Below, one piece after another: positions 9,563-19,495 of a DNA stretch of 64,000 nt; the stretch's first letter is position 1; each line of letters begins with the position of its first letter. The notes below the pieces were generated by a model, which saw nothing but the letters and a program-made list of their open reading frames with translations, had not been told where the DNA came from and made no database searches. Both the position numbers and the translations under genes were made by a program. Origin of the DNA: a virus (Duplodnaviria > Caudoviricetes); IMG/VR virus record IMGVR_UViG_3300021364_000005, one strand, 5' to 3'.

Positions 9563-12500
9563 TTATAGATCGCCTGTATTTGTGCTAGGATATGCTCTAT
9601 TTGGTCCCCATATAATTCTTACTGCGCCGTCACCGCCATCACCGCCTCTATGTGTACTACCGTTAACTGTTGCTGCGGATACTGCACCGCCTCCTCCTCC
9701 ATATGAACCGCCATAACCGCCATTTGTTGCGTTATAGCCGCCTGGATTAGAGCCACCGCTATTACCTCCAGATCCTCCACGACCTCCAGACCCAGCACCT
9801 CCTGCTGCACCTGATGACCCTTCACCTAACAATCCAACACCGCCTCCTGCAGGTGCACCTACTAATCCATAAGTTTGTCCGCTACCGCCGCCACCACCTC
9901 CGGCTCCATTAGTACCCGAAGTTGTGCCATACCCGCCATCACCGCCGCGGCCGCTATAACCGCCAGCGCCACCACCGCCACCGCCCCAGCTATTAGGCGC
10001 CGCAACACCACCACTTTGTCCTCCACGACCTCCGAATCCGTTACTTAGAGGACTGGTACTATATATGTAATTTCCACCTTTTGAACTACTGGTACTTGTG
10101 TAGACAACATTTCCGCTTGCTGCAAGGCCGCCTTGTCCGCCACTAGCCCATAGGTAGCCAGTCCCTTGATAATCTATTCTAGATTCACCACCTCTAGCTC
10201 CATTTCCAGTACCACCAGTACCGCCTGCTCCTACAGTAATGTCTAAAACTTGTCCGCCAGTTACAGGTATTGAAACAGCAAATCCAAGGTTGCCTCCGCT
10301 GCCGCCAGACCCAGAATACGATCCTGTGCTGCCGCCGCCACCTGCTCCGCCGCCACCTACTACTACAGCACTTATTGAAGTAACACCTGTTGGTACAGTC
10401 CAAGTAGTTGTTCCTGGAGTAGTAAATGCAACTTGTCCTACTGGATTAGCGGTAATTGTTATATCACTTGATGTGGCTCTAGTAATGCTCGAATCTATTT
10501 CATCGGTTATTTTTACTGTAAATGTTTCATCTGTGTTGTCTGCATCATCAGATGTTCCTACATTAATAACAGCAGAATTATTGTAAACATAAATTTGTTT
10601 GCTGTCTGGATTAGGAGTTTTTATATTTAAAATATTGCTCATTCCATAATGGTATTCACAAATATAGTAAAGAGTGTCAGGAGCAGTCAACGGAACTGTA
10701 AATACAACTGCTCCAGATTCAGCACCATTTCCTGTTACTCCGTTGCTGAACAAACTACCCGTTCCTGTTCCTCGTGCAGTTTTTATGTAAAAAGGATGCC
10801 CTGACGCACTAATATTGAATGTGTACGTAAATCCTCTGTATAATGTCATTTCTGGATTATTTACACTAGACAACTCTTCACCGTTAAATGTATAAGCACT
10901 TGCACCACTATTAGTTACAGCATATGTAAACGAAGTTTGAGCATTTGCAAAATCGCTCTGTGTAGTACCTGTACTCGAAGCTAACCAGTTTAATTTTGTT
11001 CCATCATTAATGTTAGTTGTTGTTAGATTAATTGCTAAACTATTACCTTCCAATACACTAGTACCATTTGGATAAGAAAATGTATAAGTAGGAGCAACAT
11101 TATTATCAGTTATCGTAACAGTAACTAGATTGCCATTTGTAGGATATGTATATCCGCCACTTAAATTGTATATTTCAAAAATATTATTTGTGTCACCTAT
11201 ATAACTTGTTGCATCCGTAGTAGGTACCCCAATAGTGACAGATGTTTGTCCAGCATTAAATTGTCCAGTTCCGCTTGATAAACTAATGCGCTGATCCCCT
11301 GTTCCTACGACTCTCCATGCAAATGTTGGTGTATCGGAATAATTTTCTACTCCGTCTACTGTGCTTGTTCTGGTAACTACAAGGCTAATACTATTACCTT
11401 CTTCTACAGAACTTTCAGCTACTGAAATCGACATTAGTTTTACCACTGCAAGAACATCTTGAATAGTAATTGTACAAGTGTCCCCGACGATAGTATAGTT
11501 ATTAGTTGCTGTTATTAACCTTAGAGTGTTTGTTGTATTAGTTTGGGCACCTGATTCTGACGAAATAGGAATTACAATAGTTGCTGTAGATTCTCCAGAT
11601 ATAAAGTTTACAGTTCCTACATTTTGGCTTATTCTATCATCGTTAGCTGTAGTAATTCTCCAAGAAACAGAAGATCCTTCATTAGGTGTAGCTGCAACTC
11701 CGTTGATTTTGTAAACTCTTGAAACTTCTATTGCAGTGCTGTTGCCTTCTTCTACTGTTTCAGTTGATGCTACACTAATTGACCTAAATACGTTATTTAA
11801 ATTTAATGTTGCTGAAGAAGTTGAAATAGTATATTTAGGATCCGATATATTAGTTATGTTTATAGTATTAGTAGTTGAATCACTGTCGGTGTTACCTGCA
11901 GACATAGAAACGTTAAATGATGCTGTATTTTCTCCTGCAGGAATTACAACTGTTCCTGAAGTGGGCGAAATACGACTATCTGGATTTGATATTGACCAAC
12001 TAACTGTTATGTCATGATTGTTATTTACTATACCATTTCTAGTTGCTGTTCTAGAAACTGTAATTGCACTTGTAGTACCTTCGGTTAAGTTATACGAGTT
12101 AGCTAAAAATCCTGCCGTATATGTAGGAGGATTAGGATTTGCAGTTATTTCTATATCTACTGTAACTCCTGTTTGATTAGCAGTAAATAGATATTGATCG
12201 CTAAGACTTCTTGCACAAACTCTATAAGTTCCTACGCTATTTCCTACTTGTCCAACAGAGTCATCTAACACAGGTATACATAATGTTTTTGTTACAGTAT
12301 TAGCAGATGCATCAGGTTTAAATTGATGAAGTAACCAACAAGTCCCTGTTGCATTTGTTGATAAACTTGAAGGAATACTTAATGTTGATCCGCGTGTGCT
12401 AACATTGTATTCAAAAGTTGGTGTATCGCTAGTATAATAAACAGTTCCTGGTTGAGATGTATTTTCGTACAAATCTTTCGTTCTATTACTAGGATAATTA

Positions 12501-13843
12501 CGGTCATTACCCCAAATAATTCTTACAGCACCTTGTGTACCAGAGTCGCCTGCTCTAGAATCTCCTTGGTCTCCAGGCCAGCCTGCGCCTCCGCCTCCAG
12601 CACCAAAGTAACCATCTCCAACTGTTCCATTGCTTTTGTATCTACCATCTGATCCTAAAGATCCATTTGTACCACCACCGCCGTTTGACAATGTTCCTGC
12701 GCTACCGCTAGTTCCATCAAACCCGTATATTCCAGTACTTCCTGCTTTTCCGTATCTATACCCACCTGCTCCGGCACCACCATTACCATCTTGTGCTGAT
12801 TGATAATTTGCATCACCTACTTCGTATGCAATACCACCTGCGCCACCACTACCTGTATAACCACCAGCGCCGCCTCCAGCACCTGGATATCCTGTTTCTA
12901 TAGCACCTTGTTGCGTGTATAAAACTGATATACCTCCGCCTTGGCCGCCAGCGCCACCACCAGCACAAGTAGATCCTCCAGCAGTTAAATCAGTTATATA
13001 TGTTCCTCCCGAGCCGCCATCATTTGATGTGTTGCCTCTTTGAGAAGTGCCGCCACCGCCACCGCCGGCACATAAAATCATCGAACCACCTGTTATACAA
13101 ACCGCAGAGTCTCCTCCAGCTGATCCGGAAAGTCCTGAATTACCTGTGCCGCCATTACCTACTTCAATTTCAAGAGTTCCTCCTGGAGTTACACTTACAT
13201 CTTGCATCCATGCTAACGCTGCACCTCCGCCACCTTTACCCCAAGATCCAAACTGCCCTGATACTGCTCCGCCACCTGCTCCGCCTCCGCCTATAGCTGC
13301 TATGCTAACAGATGAAACATTTGACGGTATTGTCCATGTGCAGTTTTGGGTAAAGAGCTGTTGTCCTTGAACAGGTTGATTGTCTATTGCAAAGGTTTTG
13401 ATAAAAGGTATTTCAAACTGTGCGCCTGCATTATCGTAAACACTTGTTATAGCAGATCCAAAATCAATAGCTACAGATTTGCCTGTCGGCCCTGTCGCTG
13501 TTTGTGTTAAAACAAATGGTGGCGACATTATAGTTTTAGAACCCACTGTGGCCAGTAATCTTACAGTTTGGTTTGTAAATGTTCCGCTATGCGAAATAGT
13601 TAATTTTGTAACATTATATCCAGTAGTATCTACACCTGCGGCTGCAAAAGCATAATTAGGAGCACTTGCTGTCTCTCCTTCTAATGTTTCTATCGACCAT
13701 ACAGTATTAGTTACGTCGGCCGCTAAATGATAGTCTACAGAAGTATTCGAAGGTGAAATAACAATATAATCATGATCAGTTAAAACAATGCCGTCACCAG
13801 CACTGCTACTTGAAAGTATTGCTAATTTACCTATATCTGCCAT
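9563..13843 (-). CDS. 1426-aa tail fibre/adhesin: two Gly-rich domains, several Calx-beta/Ig-like domains, one cupredoxin-like domain
   Basis: Two WT(I/V)P..V.S(V/I)S....GGGG...GAVRIIWG..R.YPS domains, repeated .EG.S...V.R Ig-like units, and GHPFYIK...YYICEYHYGM. Confidence 0.85.
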   Translation of the reverse strand: MADIGKLAILSSSSAGDGIVLTDHDYIVISPSNTSVDYHLAADVTNTVWSIETLEGETASAPNYAFAAAGVDTTGYNVTKLTISHSGTFTNQTVRLLATVGSKTIMSPPFVLTQTATGPTGKSVAIDFGSAITSVYDNAGAQFEIPFIKTFAIDNQPVQGQQLFTQNCTWTIPSNVSSVSIAAIGGGGAGGGAVSGQFGSWGKGGGGAALAWMQDVSVTPGGTLEIEVGNGGTGNSGLSGSAGGDSAVCITGGSMILCAGGGGGGTSQRGNTSNDGGSGGTYITDLTAGGSTCAGGGAGGQGGGISVLYTQQGAIETGYPGAGGGAGGYTGSGGAGGIAYEVGDANYQSAQDGNGGAGAGGYRYGKAGSTGIYGFDGTSGSAGTLSNGGGGTNGSLGSDGRYKSNGTVGDGYFGAGGGGAGWPGDQGDSRAGDSGTQGAVRIIWGNDRNYPSNRTKDLYENTSQPGTVYYTSDTPTFEYNVSTRGSTLSIPSSLSTNATGTCWLLHQFKPDASANTVTKTLCIPVLDDSVGQVGNSVGTYRVCARSLSDQYLFTANQTGVTVDIEITANPNPPTYTAGFLANSYNLTEGTTSAITVSRTATRNGIVNNNHDITVSWSISNPDSRISPTSGTVVIPAGENTASFNVSMSAGNTDSDSTTNTINITNISDPKYTISTSSATLNLNNVFRSISVASTETVEEGNSTAIEVSRVYKINGVAATPNEGSSVSWRITTANDDRISQNVGTVNFISGESTATIVIPISSESGAQTNTTNTLRLITATNNYTIVGDTCTITIQDVLAVVKLMSISVAESSVEEGNSISLVVTRTSTVDGVENYSDTPTFAWRVVGTGDQRISLSSGTGQFNAGQTSVTIGVPTTDATSYIGDTNNIFEIYNLSGGYTYPTNGNLVTVTITDNNVAPTYTFSYPNGTSVLEGNSLAINLTTTNINDGTKLNWLASSTGTTQSDFANAQTSFTYAVTNSGASAYTFNGEELSSVNNPEMTLYRGFTYTFNISASGHPFYIKTARGTGTGSLFSNGVTGNGAESGAVVFTVPLTAPDTLYYICEYHYGMSNILNIKTPNPDSKQIYVYNNSAVINVGTSDDADNTDETFTVKITDEIDSSITRATSSDITITANPVGQVAFTTPGTTTWTVPTGVTSISAVVVGGGGAGGGGSTGSYSGSGGSGGNLGFAVSIPVTGGQVLDITVGAGGTGGTGNGARGGESRIDYQGTGYLWASGGQGGLAASGNVVYTSTSSSKGGNYIYSTSPLSNGFGGRGGQSGGVAAPNSWGGGGGGAGGYSGRGGDGGYGTTSGTNGAGGGGGGSGQTYGLVGAPAGGGVGLLGEGSSGAAGGAGSGGRGGSGGNSGGSNPGGYNATNGGYGGSYGGGGGAVSAATVNGSTHRGGDGGDGAVRIIWGPNRAYPSTNTGDL

Positions 13844-14772
13844 TAGCTAAATGCCTGTCCTGCTATAAATGCATACCAAGATGTTCCGCCATTAGTAGAA
13901 ATCGCAGAAATTATATCAGTTCCTGATTGAGTAAGCGTTGGTGCAGATCCGTTAGCCCACTGGAAACTAGGAGGCCAAGTTATTCCAAAACTCGCACTAT
14001 TTGTAATTATAAAAGTTAATGTTGTGCCTGACGTTGGTACATTATTAATGCTAACAGTGTTTACAGCACTATCTAAAGATACTGAAAAAACACTAGAAGC
14101 ACTACAATCAACTGTTAAAATATTACTTGCTGGGCTTATTGATGCAACAGGTTCTGTGTTTCTGCCTTTTACGTAAATGTTTCCTTTCATAGTTCCGTGA
14201 ATAGAACATTGATAAGTCCAAGTTTCGCTATTATTATCTGGCGGAGTTGCATATAAAGTACCGTCAACTTTTCCTTGTGCATCGGCTCCTGTGCTTACAG
14301 TACCAGTTGGGCTGACATGAACTATGTAATCACCAGTAATATTCTGTCCATTTTGTTGTAATTGAAAAGGATGTCCATTACAGTCCAAATGAAATGCAAC
14401 AGTATCTCCTGCTGTAACAGATATATTTTGATTAGTATCTCCGCCATCAAAAACATATGCATTTCCTGATGTAGTTACTGCATATGTACGTGCTGCATTT
14501 TTGTAAATTTGATCGTATGTCTTTGTAGCATTCTGCCAAGCTGTTCCGTTATAATATAACAATGCACCTGATGTAGGACTACTAATAAGTGTATCAGTTA
14601 ATCCAGCAAAAGTCGACGATCCTGTGCCGCCGCCGCCACCTCCGCCTCCACTACCAGAGTCAGATATAACTGCTTTCCATAAATTTTTTGCAGATACATA
14701 TGTGTAAACTGTATTTCCTACAACAAATTCTTGGTTGTTTACAGGATTGCTGGGAAAGTCTATTGCTGCCAT
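13843..14772 (-). CDS. 309-aa tail fibre-type protein with cupredoxin-like domain and C-terminal beta domain
   Basis: N-terminus MAAIDFPSNP, Gly linker, GHPFQL...YQCSIHGTM, and C-terminus ITWPPSFQWANGSAPTLT..GTDII of a kind seen in phage tail proteins. The stop overlaps the next start. Confidence 0.8.
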   Translation of the reverse strand: MAAIDFPSNPVNNQEFVVGNTVYTYVSAKNLWKAVISDSGSGGGGGGGGTGSSTFAGLTDTLISSPTSGALLYYNGTAWQNATKTYDQIYKNAARTYAVTTSGNAYVFDGGDTNQNISVTAGDTVAFHLDCNGHPFQLQQNGQNITGDYIVHVSPTGTVSTGADAQGKVDGTLYATPPDNNSETWTYQCSIHGTMKGNIYVKGRNTEPVASISPASNILTVDCSASSVFSVSLDSAVNTVSINNVPTSGTTLTFIITNSASFGITWPPSFQWANGSAPTLTQSGTDIISAISTNGGTSWYAFIAGQAFS

Positions 14773-14790
14773 TGTTTTATTCCTTTTATA

Positions 14791-14796
14791 TATTTA
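14791..14796 (-). promoter_or_regulatory. Late promoter TAAATA overlapping the upstream stop codon
   Basis: CTTAAATA TATAAAAGGAATAAAACA ATG; the TAA is the stop of 14794..16449. Confidence 0.55.
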
Positions 14797-16449
14797 AGTT
14801 AAATCTATTGTAATTATTCCGTCAATAATATCAGTTGATGTACTTCTTGTAGAAGTAAGATTTGCTTCGTTGTCACCACCTAATATGTTATCACCATTAT
14901 AATAAAACGCCCTGCCAAATCCACCATCTGTTCTAGGCGTGCTAGGAGACCATTCTGCAACCTTCAACCAATAGTTACCAGTCTGATACTCGTATGCAAT
15001 TATTTCGCCACATCTATTTACCACTCCGCTATTTGCATTAGGATTTCCTACAAAAAATCTGTTTGCGGTTAGATCTGCATAACTACAAATTCCAAAATCC
15101 GTTGTGCTTATATCAAAATTAAAAATTGTAGAATGATATTGGTAGAAAAATGTTCCTGCATTATAATTATATATTTTAAAATAATATAAATCATTTGCAG
15201 AATCGTAAGTTCTTACTGCAAATTCATTTTCACTATAAATTTTACTAAATTTTTGTTTATCGTTTCCACCTACGTTTACTGTTAGAGTATTTTGTGTTTG
15301 TAATGAATACGACCCTAGAGGACCTGACCATTGTTCGATCCTTGTGTAATCACCGTCATATGTTAATACAAGCAACACATCGTTAAGGAATTGTACATCT
15401 AATATTTTTTTATTAGAAGAATCATTATAATCTAATTTATAGACCTGTTGTTGTCTAGAATACTGCCCTGAAGGATCTGCTCTTGACCATACAGAAACGC
15501 CTCCTAAATATTCTACAACATTATTGACTTCTGTGCCCCAATATTCTCTTGAAATTAATTTATTATCTCTTAGAACAACAGGTTTACCGAAGCCTTCTGG
15601 TCCTGAACCTTCTGTTTCTGGATGACTAATTGTTTCTATAGCAGCTGACCAATTTAATCCTACGTCTTGTTTGATATATTCTACATTTCTGCTGAATGGA
15701 TTGTTATCGCTTGTGACTATTATGCCACTGTCCATAGCAACAAGATCGCCTATGTTTTCCATTACAGAATTTAACGAATATGAACCATTAGTATAATTCC
15801 AAATTAAAGCCTTAGTACCTATTGTTCCTGTATTATTAGTGTTTGTAATTCTATTTGTAAATGTTATGTTTTGTCCATAAGCAGCAACATCTGTCGGCCA
15901 AGCGCCGTGTTGTCCTTGAGTAAAAATATTTGTTTTTACAACAGTTCTGCTTGACCAATACGGATCTCTTATCTGCAAAATCTTGTTATATGCACCTACT
16001 GTTAACACCAAACTTTCTGTCCCTTCAGTAATTGAGTCAGAAATAACTGGTATTTCAATTGTTGCAACACTATTTGTAGTTGTAACATTTCCTGATAAAA
16101 CAACTAGAATATCATTTGCTTGTACTCCTGCTATTTCATAGTTTATAACTGTTCCTGTACCACTGCCATTATATGTTATTTTTGCATATGCAGTGCTTCC
16201 TTCCTCTATATATTCTATAGTTTCACCGTTGGCATTTTGGAATTCTAAAATATACACTTCTGGGGGTGTGTTAGGAAGTAATGGATCTTCTCCTAAAACT
16301 ACTGGCAGGTTTAACCCTCCTACAGATATAAATGCTGTATCTATTGTATTGTCTATTAGCAAACTTCCTTCTGCATACCTTGTTGCAAGATCTACATTGT
16401 CTGATCTAATACCTTTTTTAGTTTTATATCTTTTTTGTCTGTAATCCAT
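14794..16449 (-). CDS. 551-aa putative virion adhesin: Calx-beta/Ig-like domain plus beta-propeller-like (FG-GAP-like) C-terminus
   Basis: Start revised to the ATG at 16449 (MDYRQKRY), which forms a TAATG overlap with the upstream stop; the ORF track used TTG 16488. Motifs FGKPVVL, FFVGNPNANSG and DGGFGRAF. Confidence 0.75.
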   Translation of the reverse strand: MDYRQKRYKTKKGIRSDNVDLATRYAEGSLLIDNTIDTAFISVGGLNLPVVLGEDPLLPNTPPEVYILEFQNANGETIEYIEEGSTAYAKITYNGSGTGTVINYEIAGVQANDILVVLSGNVTTTNSVATIEIPVISDSITEGTESLVLTVGAYNKILQIRDPYWSSRTVVKTNIFTQGQHGAWPTDVAAYGQNITFTNRITNTNNTGTIGTKALIWNYTNGSYSLNSVMENIGDLVAMDSGIIVTSDNNPFSRNVEYIKQDVGLNWSAAIETISHPETEGSGPEGFGKPVVLRDNKLISREYWGTEVNNVVEYLGGVSVWSRADPSGQYSRQQQVYKLDYNDSSNKKILDVQFLNDVLLVLTYDGDYTRIEQWSGPLGSYSLQTQNTLTVNVGGNDKQKFSKIYSENEFAVRTYDSANDLYYFKIYNYNAGTFFYQYHSTIFNFDISTTDFGICSYADLTANRFFVGNPNANSGVVNRCGEIIAYEYQTGNYWLKVAEWSPSTPRTDGGFGRAFYYNGDNILGGDNEANLTSTRSTSTDIIDGIITIDLT

Positions 16450-17957
16450 TATGTTATCTCTGCCAATCTTTTGCAAATATGCCAACAATAATTTTTTATA
16501 GCTGTTTCTATATCATTAACTGTCCATGCTTGATTTCCTGTAAATATATAAACCATATTACCAATAATACTCTGTCTAGCACTATTAGTTTGATTTAACA
16601 TTAATTGTTCGCTACCTGTTCCCGGAGTTGTATTTGTTATTCCACCACTTATTGTCGGATGACTAGTCAAACTTGTGTAGCTTGTTTTATCACTATCTAA
16701 AAATACAGTAGGACTGTTGGCATAAAAACTCCAATCTCCCCAATGTGAAGTTGTTAAAGTAAAACAAACCATTACCATAGAATTAATATTGTTATCGCCT
16801 GACCAACCCCAAATTTGATAAGTAGCTCCAGCTTTTCCTCCTGTGGGTAAAAAGTTGCCTACAGAAAATCCTCTATTAGTGTGTAACTCTACATCTGCTA
16901 TACGTACATTTTTATTATTTGTAAAATTAGCTGTAGCAACAGGACTGGAAAGTCTACCGTAGAATGATTGATTTATAGCCCAAGGTCCATAGTATTGACT
17001 AGAATTACCACTACCAGGGTAATCAGGCTCGTATCGACCTATGCTAGGTTCCATTGCGCTTAAAAAAGTAAATGGATACCTGTCGTTTGACGGTCCATTT
17101 ATTTCAGCAGTTTTGTATAATGTTGCAGGCCAACTAGCCCAGGGTGATCTATGAGTTCCGCCGGTTTGATTATATATTCCATTTCTTAAATTTGAAGAGG
17201 TTCCTCCATGCCAGTTTGAATATATATTTGTTGTGTAATCGTAACCAAAAACACTACTAATGTCATCTGGATATCTTAATCTAATACCATTCACAAATCT
17301 AAGTCCACTGCCGGAAAACACAGCACCTTGTCCTGAAGAAGTGTTACCTGTAGCCCATATATATTCACCTGTACCATCATATGGAGGTTCCCCAGATCCA
17401 GTTAGGTTAATATCAGATTTAAAGTCATCATCATTTCCTAATAAGGCTGTTATTGTAAATAAATCATCAAAATAACTTCTATCATAATCTGGATTGGTTG
17501 GCGCTGTATTAGAACTATCTGTAATACTAATACTAAATGCACTTCCTGGGTCAACATCTAGCTGTACTGTTAGAGTTTCTGTTTCAACTGTTGTATCTGA
17601 TGCTAATTCGATGTCAAATGAACCTAAGCCTTCTGTAATTGTTACAGTTCCAGTTAAATTTCCGACTATATCTTCAGCCTGGACACCCGAAATTGTATAT
17701 GCTAAACTAGTACCATCAGGAATTAGAGATGTAGATACTTGTATAGTTATGGTGTTTCCTTCTGCTAAACTTACAGACTCAGAACTTAAACTATAAGTAG
17801 GTTGACTTATTGAAATTTTTCTCCATCCTGTTCCCCCATATATAAACAAATCTGTACCTATAAATGCTTTTTCTCCAATGTAAGCAACAGGAGGTAAGTC
17901 TGGTACTGAATTGTAATACTTAATATCAACATTTTTTACTACATTATATCTTGCCAT
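16449..17957 (-). CDS. 502-aa putative virion adhesin: short N-terminal anchor, Calx-beta/Ig-like domain, unassigned C-terminal domain
   Basis: ORF track. YSLSSESVSLAEGNTITIQVSTSLIPDGTSLAYTISGV...ETETLTV is homologous to the neighbouring genes. Confidence 0.75.
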   Translation of the reverse strand: MARYNVVKNVDIKYYNSVPDLPPVAYIGEKAFIGTDLFIYGGTGWRKISISQPTYSLSSESVSLAEGNTITIQVSTSLIPDGTSLAYTISGVQAEDIVGNLTGTVTITEGLGSFDIELASDTTVETETLTVQLDVDPGSAFSISITDSSNTAPTNPDYDRSYFDDLFTITALLGNDDDFKSDINLTGSGEPPYDGTGEYIWATGNTSSGQGAVFSGSGLRFVNGIRLRYPDDISSVFGYDYTTNIYSNWHGGTSSNLRNGIYNQTGGTHRSPWASWPATLYKTAEINGPSNDRYPFTFLSAMEPSIGRYEPDYPGSGNSSQYYGPWAINQSFYGRLSSPVATANFTNNKNVRIADVELHTNRGFSVGNFLPTGGKAGATYQIWGWSGDNNINSMVMVCFTLTTSHWGDWSFYANSPTVFLDSDKTSYTSLTSHPTISGGITNTTPGTGSEQLMLNQTNSARQSIIGNMVYIFTGNQAWTVNDIETAIKNYCWHICKRLAEIT

Positions 17958-17965
17958 TATATTTC

Positions 17966-19495
17966 CTATGTTGCAGAACTAGGATAACTTCTGCCTTGCC
18001 CCCAAATAATTCTTACTGCGCCAGGTAACGGAGTAGAACCGTCTTGTCCCAAAAACCATCTATAATAAAATCTAGCACCATAACTAGTTATAATTGCTTG
18101 ATCTCGAATTCTACCACCAGCGCCACCACCACCACCGCCGCCGGCTCCAGAACCATTATTTGGAGCAGTTGAGCCGATTGCACTACTACCTGTGCCACCT
18201 TTAGTTCCACTATTGTAATTAATTACAAGTGGATTTGTACTAGTTACAAGATTAGGCGCACTGGTTCCGCCACCACCTGTGCCACCTTGTCCATAAATAT
18301 TTGTTCCGCCGCCCGGACCACCGCTGGCTTGTTTGTAATAGTTATATCCACCAGTACTTCTATAAAAGTCACCTAATCCACTACCGCCTTGGCCGCCACC
18401 GCCTCCGGTGCCATATCCTCCGGCTCCGCCACCGCCGCCAGGCCTTACACCACTGTTGCCACTCGCGCCTGCATTACCATTTGATCCATTAGATCCTCCA
18501 CTAGAGGTGCCATAGCTAGGATTTGTATAATATGCTCCTCCTGCTCCTCCACTAGTAATAGTGCTAGGCCGATTGCCTCCTTCGCCTCTAATATAAACAA
18601 CCGAATCTTTTGCAAGAAAACTCTGTCCACCATTGCTAGGATAATTGTAATTGTTCATTGTCGGATAAAAAGTTAGATATGAACCTGAATTGCTAGAAAC
18701 ATATTCAAAAGGAGTATTATAACTTGTAGATCCTCTGCTTCCTGCTGATCCTACTTGTACGGTAAAGGTATCTCCTGGTTGACATGATATACCATTCATC
18801 CAAGCAAGGCCTCCGCCTCCGCCTCCACCACCACTTCCGTTACTGTAATATCCTGTTGCTCCTCCAGCACCTCCTCCTATAACAACAGCACTTATGTCAA
18901 CAACACCGGAAGGAACAGTAAAGGTATAGGAACCAGGACTTACATAAATTTGTTCTCCTGAAACTACAGTAGTTGTTACATCATTAATAACAACAGTTTG
19001 AGATAAGGAGCCTGTAGGATTTCCTAAACTATCATTTTGAGCAAGGGTTAAAGTAAAAGATTCAGCCCCTTCAGTAGCACCATCTAAACTAATACTACAA
19101 AATAATGATGCAACTCCACTGCCAATTGTTAAAGTACCAGTGAGCGAACTTAGTCCTAAATCTGCTGCTGTTACACCATCTCCTGTAATTGTATAAGCTA
19201 TAGTGACACCATCTTCTGTGTATGGAGCAACTAGTTCGAATACTACAGACTGTCCTTCATCGACAGTTGTTTTGTTTGCAGTCAGTGTAAACGGAGCAGC
19301 AACTTCTTGAGATTCTAATATCTTCCAAACACTGCCGTTGAATACTACAAAATCTTCTAAACTATCAATATAAGCAATTTGTCCTATATCTACATCATAT
19401 TCGAGATCATCAGGAGTTGCATAAATTAAAGTATTGGCAATATTATCAACTTCGTTACCGTCGATGTCGTACCGCAATTTTTTATAAACTGCCAT
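17966..19495 (-). CDS. 509-aa tail adhesin: anchor, Calx-beta/Ig-like domain, Gly-rich domain
   Basis: FTLTANKTTVDEGQSVVF...EGAESFTLTL; FTVPSGVVDISAVVIGGG...GAVRIIWGQGRSYPS. Confidence 0.8.
   Translation of the reverse strand: MAVYKKLRYDIDGNEVDNIANTLIYATPDDLEYDVDIGQIAYIDSLEDFVVFNGSVWKILESQEVAAPFTLTANKTTVDEGQSVVFELVAPYTEDGVTIAYTITGDGVTAADLGLSSLTGTLTIGSGVASLFCSISLDGATEGAESFTLTLAQNDSLGNPTGSLSQTVVINDVTTTVVSGEQIYVSPGSYTFTVPSGVVDISAVVIGGGAGGATGYYSNGSGGGGGGGGLAWMNGISCQPGDTFTVQVGSAGSRGSTSYNTPFEYVSSNSGSYLTFYPTMNNYNYPSNGGQSFLAKDSVVYIRGEGGNRPSTITSGGAGGAYYTNPSYGTSSGGSNGSNGNAGASGNSGVRPGGGGGAGGYGTGGGGGQGGSGLGDFYRSTGGYNYYKQASGGPGGGTNIYGQGGTGGGGTSAPNLVTSTNPLVINYNSGTKGGTGSSAIGSTAPNNGSGAGGGGGGGAGGRIRDQAIITSYGARFYYRWFLGQDGSTPLPGAVRIIWGQGRSYPSSAT

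Noticed and set aside
9619-18633. Short minus-strand alternate-frame ORFs (9619..9825, 10194..10403, 18445..18633; likewise 32073..32261)
   Set aside because: They are nested in long genes, mostly in stop-poor Gly-rich tracts, with no SD or slippery-site support.
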